Positions 10,225-19,309 of a DNA stretch of 64,000 nucleotides are shown piece after piece. Source of the DNA: Pseudomonadota bacterium (GTDB lineage Bacteria > Desulfobacterota > Desulfobacteria > Desulfobacterales > JBDRRP01); the NCBI GenBank assembly GCA_043825735.1, contig JBDRRP010000139.1, positions 1 through 64,000 on the forward strand, in the 5' to 3' direction. The notes beneath the pieces were generated by a model. The model was not told the DNA's origin. It saw nothing but the letters and a program-made list of their open reading frames with translations, and did not search any database. Position 1 is the stretch's first letter. Every line of letters starts with the position of its first letter. Position numbers and translations under genes: made by a program.

Positions 10225-10986
10225 ATGCTCAAAGCGGTGCTGCTGGATTTGGACAACACCTTGATTCTTTTTGATGAGCCGGGATTCTATCAGCGGTTTT
10301 TCGACAAGATGGCGACCGCCTTCCATGACCTCATGCCGGCCGATCAGCTGGCCCGAAAGACCGTCGCGGCGACCGTGGCCCTTAAGGAAAACGACGGCCG
10401 GATGGTGAACCGGGACTGGTTCAACCAGGCCTTCACTGCGGATCAGGACCTGCCCATGCATCGCTTTTGGGACCGCTGGCTGTCGTTCTACCGGGACACC
10501 TACGGCCCATTCGGCATACCGGTGACGGTGCCCCCCGGGCAGGCCGACACCATTGACCGCCTGGCACAAAGCGGGTTGACGCTTGCGATCGCGTCCAATC
10601 CCATTTTCCCCCGAATTGCGCTGGAACGGCGAATGGCCTGGGGCGGTCTTGATCCCGCACCTTTCGCCCTGCTGACTCATATGGACAACATGTCGTTCGT
10701 CAAGCCCCGAGAGGGGTACTACCGGAGCATCAGTGAAATGCTCGATGTGGCGCCGGAAACATGCCTCATGGTGGGAAACGACCCGGTCAATGACATGGCG
10801 GCTGCGGTGGCCGGCATGTCGACCTATTTGACCACTGACGGCAGAGAAAGCGACTTCACCAGCCTAACGGCCGGCGCCGGGGCGGCAGCTCCTTATATTC
10901 CCGATTTCAGCGGGCCGTTGTCAGGAGTGCTGGATGTGGTGGCGCGTTTGCAGAACGGACACGGGCCCGGTGCCGAAGGGGCGTAA
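10225..10986 (+). CDS. HAD-superfamily hydrolase
   Basis: LLDLDNTL (DxDxT) at the N-terminus, a later VGNDPVNDM motif, and an AAAGGAA RBS. Confidence 0.75.
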   Translation: MLKAVLLDLDNTLILFDEPGFYQRFFDKMATAFHDLMPADQLARKTVAATVALKENDGRMVNRDWFNQAFTADQDLPMHRFWDRWLSFYRDTYGPFGIPVTVPPGQADTIDRLAQSGLTLAIASNPIFPRIALERRMAWGGLDPAPFALLTHMDNMSFVKPREGYYRSISEMLDVAPETCLMVGNDPVNDMAAAVAGMSTYLTTDGRESDFTSLTAGAGAAAPYIPDFSGPLSGVLDVVARLQNGHGPGAEGA

Positions 10987-11023
10987 CGCGCTGGGGATGG
11001 GTGCGGGGCTGGCGGTCGCCAGA

Positions 11024-11602
11024 TCAGCGCATTTTGGGAGAGGTCTTCGCCTGGATGTCTTCCAAAAGCTGTTGGAATTCCCTGTTGCCTGGGTCGGCAT
11101 CCAGGGCCTGCTGTCCCCAGTAGGCGGCCTGGCCCCAGTCTTCCATCCGGCGGAAGTTTTCCGCCATGACGTAAAGAAGCAGTTTGCGGGGCACTTTGCG
11201 CCGGTTGTCGGGCAATTGCAGCAGGCGATTGAGATCGTTGACGGCCTCTCTGTGGCGACCGCTCACGGTGTAGCAGCTGGCCCGGCCGATCATGCTTTCT
11301 TCGTCGTGGCGGTTGATGGCCAGGGCCCGGCTGTAGTGCACGATGGCCTCGGCCAGGCGGCCTTCCACCTCGTAAATCTTGCCCAGGTAAAAATACGGGG
11401 TGTCTCCGTCGCTGTGGCAGTAGCGCGGATCCTGGTCGATGACCCGCTTGAAAGCGGTGATGGCCGTGACACCATCGGGTTTGTGAAAACACACCCGACC
11501 CCATTCGAACCACTCAGAGATGGTGCGCGGCGAGACGTCTTTGCGCATGGGACGTCCTTTCATGGATGGACCAAAAGACAATTTAGATACAGTTCCTAAC
11601 AT
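11024..11602 (-). CDS. tetratricopeptide repeat protein
   Basis: Repeated W/LG/Y/A/F/A/P TPR-like spacing (AIVHYSRALAI, EAVNDLNRLL, AAYWGQQALDADP). Confidence 0.6.
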   Translation of the reverse strand: MLGTVSKLSFGPSMKGRPMRKDVSPRTISEWFEWGRVCFHKPDGVTAITAFKRVIDQDPRYCHSDGDTPYFYLGKIYEVEGRLAEAIVHYSRALAINRHDEESMIGRASCYTVSGRHREAVNDLNRLLQLPDNRRKVPRKLLLYVMAENFRRMEDWGQAAYWGQQALDADPGNREFQQLLEDIQAKTSPKMR

Positions 11603-11652
11603 GCATAACGGGTTATGGCCACAACCAAAAAAATCCTCCCGGCGGCGGGCAT

Positions 11653-12330
11653 ATGATCCTTTGGGGCACAGTACTAATCCTGGCGGTGGTTTTTGGTCCG
11701 CACCTGTGGGCGAAGCGGGTTCTCGGCCGCTACGATAGCGTGGAGTACTTTTCCGGAAATGGCATGACGCTGGCGCGACTGCTCCTCGATCGACTGGGGC
11801 TCGGCGCTGTGAGGGTCGAGGCGGCCGCCGGGGGTGACCACTACGATCCGGCGCTCAAAGTGGTTCGCTTGTCGCCGCAGCGATGCTCACGGCGATCGCT
11901 TACGGCGGTGGTGGTGGCCGCCCACGAGGTGGGTCATGCCCTTCAGGACAATCTCCATTATCCCCCGCTGGCAGTCCGCAACCGAATGGTCGCGGCGGCT
12001 GCGCGCATGGAGCGGTTCGGGGCGGCTATCATTTTGGTCATGCCCCTGGTGGCCGCGCTCACGAGGATTCCCGCTGCTGGTCTGCTGCTGGCGGCCGCCG
12101 GTTTTGCAACCCTGTGCCTGCCCGTGGCGGTGCATCTGCTCACCCTGCCAACGGAGTTTGACGCCAGTTTCAACCGCGCCCTTCCGATGCTCACCGCCGG
12201 TGGATACATTCCGCCTGAAGACATTCCAGCAGCGCGCAAGATTCTTCTGGCCTGCGCATTGACGTATGTGGCCACCGCTCTCATGAGTCTGCTCAACGTG
12301 TGGCGGTGGATTCGGATACTGAAACGATAG
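11653..12330 (+). CDS. membrane zinc metallopeptidase, YugP/Zn_peptidase_2-like
   Basis: HEVGH zinc motif plus N- and C-terminal hydrophobic segments. Confidence 0.65.
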   Translation: MILWGTVLILAVVFGPHLWAKRVLGRYDSVEYFSGNGMTLARLLLDRLGLGAVRVEAAAGGDHYDPALKVVRLSPQRCSRRSLTAVVVAAHEVGHALQDNLHYPPLAVRNRMVAAAARMERFGAAIILVMPLVAALTRIPAAGLLLAAAGFATLCLPVAVHLLTLPTEFDASFNRALPMLTAGGYIPPEDIPAARKILLACALTYVATALMSLLNVWRWIRILKR

Positions 12331-12341
12331 CCCGGCCGGAT

Positions 12342-12677
12342 TCACTGAAACTGCCGGATAAGACTGTCTTCGGGGTGATAGGGGGTGGCGGGCAGCGCGA
12401 TTTCACTGGCCACGGAACCGGGAACGGCGATGCCCGAGCCGTATTGGGCGTAGTTGACAAAGGTGCGCCCATCGATGAGGACCTTCATTCCGGCCACCGG
12501 TGTCTTTACGGGGACTACCGCCTCCGTGCCGCGAAGCCTCTGGCCGAGTTCCGGATACCCCATCCGCTCCGCCTCACGGCCGAGATCAATCTCGAGGATG
12601 TACTGGGATCCGGGGAGGAGATCGTCACTGTATGACGCTTCCAGATGGTTGATGATGTCGGTCAATTGCGTGTTCAT
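12342..12677 (-). CDS. hypothetical protein
   Basis: ORF with codon bias typical of the window. The likely start is the internal Met MNTQLTD. No recognisable motif. Confidence 0.4.
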   Translation of the reverse strand: MNTQLTDIINHLEASYSDDLLPGSQYILEIDLGREAERMGYPELGQRLRGTEAVVPVKTPVAGMKVLIDGRTFVNYAQYGSGIAVPGSVASEIALPATPYHPEDSLIRQFQ

Positions 12678-12931
12678 GGATAGATCCTTTCGGTTGTCGG
12701 TGCCGGCGCCAAGTTGGCCCGATGCAAGGGCGTGCTTGAGTATTTTCGCGGGCATTGCGAGACACACCTTTACGAGGCGCTGAGCACGCCGGTACATCCC
12801 GTCCGTCGGGTACCGGTAAAGGAATACCGATTGTGAGGCGCCCGTTTTGACTGCTATAACAATTAGGATGACGCGGCGACATTACAATGAGGGTTTGATT
12901 GCGTTAAAATAAGGGGTTTAAACCCTTACTA

Positions 12932-13438
12932 TTGGCTGCGGGGAAAGGGACTATGAACGATACGGAACTGAGCCGGACCAAACTGAAAAAGGCGGACCGG
13001 GATCTTCGAGAACTTGGCGATGCGCTCACCGGGTTGTCCCAGGAGCAACTCGCCCGCATGGATCTTCCCCAGGCATTGTTGTCGGCGATTGAGTTTTACC
13101 AGCAGATCCGAAATCTCGGTGCACGGCGGCGACAGTGGAAAACCATCGGCGCTGTCTTGAGAAACATGGACACGGCGCCCATTCGGGCCGCACTGGAGAA
13201 CATTCTGGACGGGGATCGGGCCCAGGCCCGCCGACACCACCGGATTGAGCGCTGGCGTGACGAGATGAAGGCGGGAAACCTGGCGTTAATCGATGAGGTC
13301 CTCTCGGCCTGTCCTGGCGCCGATCGGCAGCATCTTGGCCAGTTGGTGCGCAATGCCATAAAAGAAGCCACCGCAGGGACCGGGGTCAAAGCCTCAAGGG
13401 CACTGTTTCGATATCTCAGCGATGTCGATGCGCAATAG
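12932..13438 (+). CDS. yjgA: ribosome-associated protein YjgA/DarP (DUF615)
   Basis: N-terminal SRTKLKKADRDLRELG with the size and charge pattern of DUF615. Confidence 0.7.
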   Translation: MAAGKGTMNDTELSRTKLKKADRDLRELGDALTGLSQEQLARMDLPQALLSAIEFYQQIRNLGARRRQWKTIGAVLRNMDTAPIRAALENILDGDRAQARRHHRIERWRDEMKAGNLALIDEVLSACPGADRQHLGQLVRNAIKEATAGTGVKASRALFRYLSDVDAQ

Positions 13439-13509
13439 GCATATTCGCTTTTCTATGAAGCTCCAGTTTAGCGTCAAAGACCACTGTATCCGATGACATT
13501 GTAATCACC

Positions 13510-13580
13510 AGTCACGGAGGGCACGGAGAAAACCAAAAATGATTGTTTTTGTTTATAAAATCTCCGTGTCCTCCGTGGTT
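13510..13580. repeat. heptamer-repeat hairpin element, CACGGAG type
   Basis: Left arm cacggagggcacggag, an A/T-rich loop, then ctccgtgtcctccgtg. Confidence 0.7.
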
Positions 13581-13644
13581 CAACATCCCTTTGGGAAAAG
13601 ACCAACTGGAGCTTTCTGCATAAGCGTATTTTATAATTCATATC

Positions 13645-13722
13645 TCCCGCAGAGGCGCAGGGAAAAGCACTCGCGCAATTCAATTTCCCGGGAGTTCTCT
13701 GCGTCTCCGCGCCTCTGCGCGA
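13645..13722. repeat. heptamer-repeat hairpin element, CGCAGAG type
   Basis: Left arm ccgcagaggcgcaggg, a loop, then ctctgcgtctccgcgcctctgcgcgag. Confidence 0.7.
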
Positions 13723-13819
13723 GAACATCTTTTTCCGATTGTAATGGCATTCGGTTGTGGCTTGAGCTTCCTGGATAAACGAAAAAGTCTTTTTGCCCCA
13801 TATCGACGTTTTCTGCGGT

Positions 13820-13850
13820 CGATCCCGATAGCGATTTCGATTTCGAAATG
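13820..13850. repeat. CGAAATCG-type repeat arm
   Basis: cgatcccgatagcgatttcgatttcgaaatg is the reverse complement of the 32222 element arm. Confidence 0.5.
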
Positions 13851-13913
13851 TTCACACGGCGTTGTTATCCAAACGGAACGTATTTATGACAGTGGCTATA
13901 ACTGATCTGGCGG

Positions 13914-15077
13914 TCAGCTTTCCTGGCGATGGGCGTCGAAGAATTCCAAGAGCGAGGTCATGGCGGATACCTCATCACGCTGGGACAGCCATCGGCGGGC
14001 ATCCGCCACTTCCTTGTATTCCGATTCACTCAGCAGCAGGTGTTCTTTGCGGGTGCCCGAATCGTTGATGTTGATGGCGGGCCACACCCGCTGCTCCGCG
14101 CACTTGCGGCTCAGCATCAAATCCATGTTGCCCGTTCCCTTGAACTCCTGAAAGATGATGTCGTCCATGCGGCTGCCGGTTTCCACCAGGATGGTGGCGA
14201 TTACGGTGAGCGATCCGCCGTCTTCGATATTGCGGGCGGCGCCGAAGATGCGTCGGGGGATCTCCAGGGCGCCCGCGGCAAGGCCGCCGCTCATGGTTCG
14301 CCCATGGCTGCGGGTGTCGGCGTTGAAGGCGCGGGCCATGCGGGTCAGCGAATCGATGAATACCACGGCGTCCTGACCGACTTCGGCGTAGCGAATGGCG
14401 ATGTTCATGGTAAAGCGCGTTATACGCATGTGCTGGATGAGGTCTTGGTCCGCCGAAGAATGCAGCACTCTTGCGTTTTCCAGGGACCGCTTGAAATCGG
14501 TGACTTCCTCGGGGCGTTCGTCCACCAGGAGTACGAACACCTGTGTATCGGGGTAATGCGTCAGAATGGACGAAGCCATGTGTTTTAAAATCGTCGTCTT
14601 GCCGGTCTTTGGCGGAGAGACCACCAGTCCGCGCTGCCCCCGCCCGATCGGGACAATCCAGTCCAGGGCCCGCCCCATGAGATCGTCAGGTCCCTGGCTC
14701 ATGCGCAGCTGGGATGAGGGATCGATGCTGATCTGTTCCTGGAGCGAGCGCACCTCGCGGTGGCGTTCCAGGGACAGCCCGTTGACCGTCTCTATGGTCG
14801 CAAGCTTGAGATTCCGGTTCTTGCCGGTGCCTTTGGCGCCGGCGCCGTGGATGAGCGCCCCTTCGGCCATGTTCCATTTATTTATGAGCTGGGCCGGTAC
14901 AAAAGGGTCCTCGGGCGAGGGCCGCAGGTTGTCGTCGATGCTTCGAAGAAACCCGTAGCCTTTGTCGAAAAGTTCAAGATATCCGTTTACAGGTATCACT
15001 GCAGAGCTCCAGGTGACGGGTTGCGGTAAATATGGGCTTCGGCCTTCGCCGGGACCGTACATCGACCACCCCGGCAA
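13914..15077 (-). CDS. rho: transcription termination factor Rho
   Basis: Cold-shock-like GYGFLR block, Walker A GKTT, VLLVDERPEEVTDF, and Q and R loops. The N-terminal region before the OB domain is short. Confidence 0.9.
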   Translation of the reverse strand: MPGWSMYGPGEGRSPYLPQPVTWSSAVIPVNGYLELFDKGYGFLRSIDDNLRPSPEDPFVPAQLINKWNMAEGALIHGAGAKGTGKNRNLKLATIETVNGLSLERHREVRSLQEQISIDPSSQLRMSQGPDDLMGRALDWIVPIGRGQRGLVVSPPKTGKTTILKHMASSILTHYPDTQVFVLLVDERPEEVTDFKRSLENARVLHSSADQDLIQHMRITRFTMNIAIRYAEVGQDAVVFIDSLTRMARAFNADTRSHGRTMSGGLAAGALEIPRRIFGAARNIEDGGSLTVIATILVETGSRMDDIIFQEFKGTGNMDLMLSRKCAEQRVWPAININDSGTRKEHLLLSESEYKEVADARRWLSQRDEVSAMTSLLEFFDAHRQES

Positions 15078-15143
15078 CCCAGTGGTCGTCGTGAGCGGTG
15101 TCGAAAATTGTAAAGCGTTCGAGGCCGGTCGTGCGCGGTCGGT

Positions 15144-15626
15144 CTAACCGTGCAGGACCTGGTGGACGGCCTTGCCGATGATCTCGAGGGTGTAGGGTTT
15201 TCCCACGGTGACGCCGGCACCCAGGTGCCGGGCTTCTTTCATCCGTTCGGTCTCCGCGTAGCCGGAGGCAATGACCGCTTTCTGATCGGGATGGATGTGG
15301 ATGATGCGGCGATAGGTTTCCTGTCCGTCGATACCCGGATCCATTATCATATCCAGCAGCAGCCCGTCCACTGTCAGTTTTTGGACGCAAGCAACGGCCG
15401 CTTCGCCGCTAGGGACGCTATCTGCTGTGTATCCGAGTTTTCCAATCATGACAACCGCCAGCTCACGCTGCGCGGCCATGTCATCCACTACCAGTATGCC
15501 CCCGTCTGACAGCCCGCTGCCGCTGCCGCAACCAGGAAGATACCGATGCATCCCATGCGAGATAATGTTTTCGCCGGCAATCGGGATTGTCCTTTCCGCG
15601 CGGGGAGCATGTTTCAGCCCATGCAA
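15144..15626 (-). CDS. single-domain response regulator (CheY-like receiver)
   Basis: ILVVDD, LLLDMIMDPGIDGQE, VIASGYAE and KPY. The start may be the internal Met MHRYLPG. Confidence 0.7.
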   Translation of the reverse strand: MHGLKHAPRAERTIPIAGENIISHGMHRYLPGCGSGSGLSDGGILVVDDMAAQRELAVVMIGKLGYTADSVPSGEAAVACVQKLTVDGLLLDMIMDPGIDGQETYRRIIHIHPDQKAVIASGYAETERMKEARHLGAGVTVGKPYTLEIIGKAVHQVLHG

Positions 15627-15836
15627 TCATGTCGCCGGTAAAAAGTAAACGGCCGCCGATGGGGGATCTGTCGGTGAAATCATCGGGAGCGGCGCTCCGG
15701 CCGGTTCATGGACGGGACCCGGCGGATATGCTAACGGTTTCTCCCAGGTGCCCTCAAAAAACACAGTCAGGGGGCATTCGCCGCTGAATCGGCCCGCACG
15801 GCGCGGGCCGCACTCCAGAAAGGAGACGCGCGTCCA

Positions 15837-17159
15837 ATGAACCGGTCATCCCAACCGCCGATGGTCATGCTTAGACGTTGTGACCACTACGATCATGAAA
15901 CCCTGTGCGCCATTATCCGCGATGGCATTTTCGCCATGGGGGCGCGACCCCGGGGGCGTATTCTTATCAAACCCAACATCGTCACGGCCAACCGGGACTA
16001 CATCCACCACAGTTACACCGAGCCGCGGATGTTGGGCGCGATGGTCCAGGTGCTGCGCGAGCACGGCGATTGCGGCGCGATAACCGTCGGGGAATCGGGG
16101 GGCATCGGGATGCCCTCACGGCTGTTCTTCGCCGAATCGGGCATCCGCGCGCTCTGCCGGTCGCTGGGGGTTCCGCTGGTGGACTTCAACGAGGAGCAGA
16201 CGCGGGAAGTGGCGCTCCATCGGGCCAAGTGGCACCATACCGTTGCGTTGGCAAAATCCATTTTGGAAGCCGACTACCGTGTCTGGATGCCCAAGCTCAA
16301 GTTTCACATCGTAACCGGCATCACCAACGCGCTCAAGCTCAACATGGGGATTCTCACGCACCGGGAGCGGTTTATCTATCACGACGACCGGCTCCATGAG
16401 AAGATTGTAGACCTCCTGGAGCCGGGCTATCCGGATCTTATCGTTACCGATGCCGTCACCATCGGGCGGGGGTTCGAGTCGAGTCCCTATCCGGTCCATT
16501 TGGGGGCCGTGCTCATCGCCAACGACCCGCTGGCCGCCGATATGGTGGCCGCCCGCATCCTCGGATACCGCCCGCAGGACATCCGCCACCTCGCCGAGGC
16601 TGCGCATCGGGGATACGGCAGCCTGGACATGGCCCGCATCACCATCACCGGCGACGTTTCCATCGAAGCGCTGGCGCACCAGATCAAGGACGTGGACTCG
16701 CCTTTTCAGGATCTTCAGAAGCTGGACACGCCGCTGCGGTTTTACGAAGGCATCAACCGGCAATCGGGCAACATCTGCGACGGGGGCTGCATCTGTTCCA
16801 TCAAGGGGGTGCTGGGGACAGCGGAAAAACGGTTTCCCGGCAATCTGAAAGGGGCCCGGCCGGGAGCGATCGTGATGGGATATTACCGGGGGGAAGTCAT
16901 TCATCCCGGGCAACCGGTGGCGCTGATCGGCGCCTGTGCCGGTGTGGATGGCCGACTGGTGGCTGGCAAGGTCATTCGCATGCGGGGCTGTCCGGTGCGG
17001 GTGAAGGACATGATGCTGTTTTTGCTCCACCGCTTCGGGCTGCGGAGCCCGGCATTCGATCCGCGCAATCTGCGCCTGCTCCTTTACCACAGCCTCATCA
17101 ACGGCCTCATGCGCCTGAGTATTCCGCTGCGTCCCGGTGCTCGCCTGGATTCCCGGTGA
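15837..17159 (+). CDS. DUF362 domain-containing protein
   Basis: Length and motifs (IKPNIV, GGIGMP) are consistent with DUF362. Confidence 0.55.
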   Translation: MNRSSQPPMVMLRRCDHYDHETLCAIIRDGIFAMGARPRGRILIKPNIVTANRDYIHHSYTEPRMLGAMVQVLREHGDCGAITVGESGGIGMPSRLFFAESGIRALCRSLGVPLVDFNEEQTREVALHRAKWHHTVALAKSILEADYRVWMPKLKFHIVTGITNALKLNMGILTHRERFIYHDDRLHEKIVDLLEPGYPDLIVTDAVTIGRGFESSPYPVHLGAVLIANDPLAADMVAARILGYRPQDIRHLAEAAHRGYGSLDMARITITGDVSIEALAHQIKDVDSPFQDLQKLDTPLRFYEGINRQSGNICDGGCICSIKGVLGTAEKRFPGNLKGARPGAIVMGYYRGEVIHPGQPVALIGACAGVDGRLVAGKVIRMRGCPVRVKDMMLFLLHRFGLRSPAFDPRNLRLLLYHSLINGLMRLSIPLRPGARLDSR

Positions 17160-17691
17160 TCGCGGCCATCGCCTCATGGAAACGGCATTGGGAAATGCCG
17201 TAACGGTTGAGGCGATTGAGGAACTGCCGTCCGTTGGCGTAACCGATGCCGAGGATGCTGCCGAGGGCGTTTCGTTTGCGGGCGGCGCCGCCCGCACCCA
17301 CCAGGCCGCAGGCCAGGAGCATCTGCTGGGTGAAGCGGCCGCTGGAATGGTCGACCGCGCAGCGGGCGTCCATCAGGGCGGCGACGATGTCTTCGGGGCC
17401 GGCGTGTTCGATACCGATGTTGCCGTCGCGACGGGCGCGCTCACGGGTCAGGAATGCGTTTTTACAGCCCTGGATACGATCATTGATGCGCCGGCGGATC
17501 TGTTCGCCGGCATGGTCCGGATCCGTGAAGACGATGACGCCAGTCAGGCGATGGGCGGCGGCGATCCGGCTGAATGTCTCCTCCGTGAGTCCAAAACCCC
17601 GGGTGATGATGACTTCCGCATCGACGGACTGTTTCACGGCCCGCGCGTCGTCGCGTCCTTCCACAACGATGATGTCCCTGATCTTGACCAC
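17107..17691 (-). CDS. rnmV: Toprim-domain ribonuclease M5-like protein
   Basis: IIVVEGRDDARAVK, then VIVFTDPDHAGEQIR (DxD), typical of RnmV/Toprim. Confidence 0.55.
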   Translation of the reverse strand: MVKIRDIIVVEGRDDARAVKQSVDAEVIITRGFGLTEETFSRIAAAHRLTGVIVFTDPDHAGEQIRRRINDRIQGCKNAFLTRERARRDGNIGIEHAGPEDIVAALMDARCAVDHSSGRFTQQMLLACGLVGAGGAARKRNALGSILGIGYANGRQFLNRLNRYGISQCRFHEAMAAITGNPGEHRDAAEYSGA

Positions 17692-17936
17692 CGGTGCTCC
17701 TTTGGTTGGGTCTTGATTTCTGGATCATCTCCCAAAGAGTTGGGCGATGAATAGGGTTCAAGGGGCCGAGGGTTGCGCCCAATGCCGTGACTTGAACCCT
17801 TGGCCCCTTCTCTTCAATTAAATGGGAGAAGACCCAAAAAGTGGGTGCATACCACAGGCTTTGGCGTTGGGCAACGGGCGGGCGTAGCGCCCTGCCGGCA
17901 ATTTAGCGCAGGGGGCGCGCACCGGTGGGGCGACGA

Positions 17937-18266
17937 TCAGTCCGCCGCGCGCTGCTGGCCGGGAATGATTCCGCCGACGAGGGGTTCGTAGAGGCGGTAT
18001 TCGGTGGCTTCGCCGAGAATGGCGTCGATCTGTTTCTGGAGAGACTGCCGCTCGGGGCTTGCCAGCCATTGCTGCCAGTCTTCCAGCCGGTGCCAGGAGC
18101 TGATGACCAGATATTCACCCGAACAGTCCAGACATTGGAAGGTGCGGCCGGTGATGTATCCGGGTTGGATGGTGGCCTGGGACCGCAACTTGACGATGAG
18201 CGGGGCCAACCGCGTGGCCTTGTCCGAGTCGGTGAACGTGCGCCGGATAATGACGGAGACTGCCAT
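17937..18266 (-). CDS. antibiotic biosynthesis monooxygenase (ABM) family protein
   Basis: About 100 aa with the ferredoxin-like ABM pattern (YLVISSWHRLEDWQQWLASPE). Confidence 0.55.
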   Translation of the reverse strand: MAVSVIIRRTFTDSDKATRLAPLIVKLRSQATIQPGYITGRTFQCLDCSGEYLVISSWHRLEDWQQWLASPERQSLQKQIDAILGEATEYRLYEPLVGGIIPGQQRAAD

Positions 18267-18360
18267 GTGGTCCTCCCATGGGCCATTGGCCCTGTTTCGG
18301 TAGACATGGCCGGCGGCACCGAACCGCTTGGTGCCGCCGCGTTCCTGAGGCGCAGCGGCG

Positions 18361-19260
18361 TCAGCCTTTGCGCTTGAGTGCGATCATCATGCTGAGTCGC
18401 AAGCGGTTCAGTGTATGCTGGAGTTCGCCGATTTCGTCTTCACGGGTAACGACGATCTCATCTTGCAGGTTCTTTCCGTTGGCCAGTTCGGTGGCGATGG
18501 CCGTCATGCGCCGCAGCGGCGTCATCGACCGGTTCACGATGATGAAGGTGAGCAGCAGCGACAAGGCCAGGATCGACGACATGATGATGACCAGGGTGAT
18601 CATGAGCTGCTTTTTGGCGGCGTTGATGACATCCAGCGAGATGCCGATGCGGAATCCGCCCCAGTGCTTTCCCTTGACGTAGATGGGCGAAGAGACGTCC
18701 CACATGATTTCACCGGTATCGCGGTAGTAGGTCTGCAAAAGCCCTTTTTCCTCGTTCTGGGCGGCCTTGAGGCCCACCGGATCGTTGAAGACGCGCTTGG
18801 TGCGGTTGCCGACCTTGTCTTTTGCGGGGTCACCGGTGATGGGGTTCTGATACCGGGTGTTATGGGTGGGCAGGTATCCGTTGCGGTCGACGGTTACGGC
18901 AAAGATGATACTTTCGTCAAGGAGAAATTCGTCCTGGAGGGCGAGAATCGCCTTGTCCATATAAAAGTCGTATTTGGTGTGGAACTTGGGCGGGTCGAAG
19001 TTGCCGATCATTTCATAGTCGGTATCAAAGGCGTCGGTTACCGAAAAGACGCCGTTGTCGATGGCCTCTTCGATAGTCTGGCCGATCATCTTGGCCCCCA
19101 CGATAGACTGGATTTTTCCGCGGCTGAGGAGCTCGGCCTCCAGGCTCCGGCTTTGCTGGGCCACCAGAAAATAGGTGCCGACCAACATGACCACCAGAAT
19201 AAAAGCATTGACGGTCAAGGAGACTTTTACGCCGATCTTTCGCGTGATAAATGGTAGCAT
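18361..19260 (-). CDS. membrane sensor protein: N-terminal TM, periplasmic sensor domain, second TM and a HAMP domain, with no output domain
   Basis: Two hydrophobic segments, and the HAMP-like AIATELANGKNLQDEIVVTREDEIGELQHTLNRL. The ORF ends about 15 aa after the HAMP. Confidence 0.65.
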   Translation of the reverse strand: MLPFITRKIGVKVSLTVNAFILVVMLVGTYFLVAQQSRSLEAELLSRGKIQSIVGAKMIGQTIEEAIDNGVFSVTDAFDTDYEMIGNFDPPKFHTKYDFYMDKAILALQDEFLLDESIIFAVTVDRNGYLPTHNTRYQNPITGDPAKDKVGNRTKRVFNDPVGLKAAQNEEKGLLQTYYRDTGEIMWDVSSPIYVKGKHWGGFRIGISLDVINAAKKQLMITLVIIMSSILALSLLLTFIIVNRSMTPLRRMTAIATELANGKNLQDEIVVTREDEIGELQHTLNRLRLSMMIALKRKG

Positions 19261-19309
19261 GGTCTGTGTTCCCCTCTTCTATCTATATAGGTCTGTGCGT
19301 GTCGCGTCT

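Noticed and set aside
13510-13722. CRISPR array
   Set aside because: The repeats are 7-nt tandem units arranged as inverted arms around a single loop. They are not 25-40-nt direct repeats separated by unique spacers, and no cas genes are present.
16116-17297. 393-aa minus-strand ORF overlapping the DUF362 gene
   Set aside because: Arg/Pro/Gly/Ala-rich composition typical of out-of-frame high-G+C translation. The opposite strand has a coherent domain protein.
17746-17810. tRNA-like element (GGTTCAAGG resembles a T-arm)
   Set aside because: No acceptor stem or anticodon-arm geometry could be built. Treated only as a structured intergenic hairpin.
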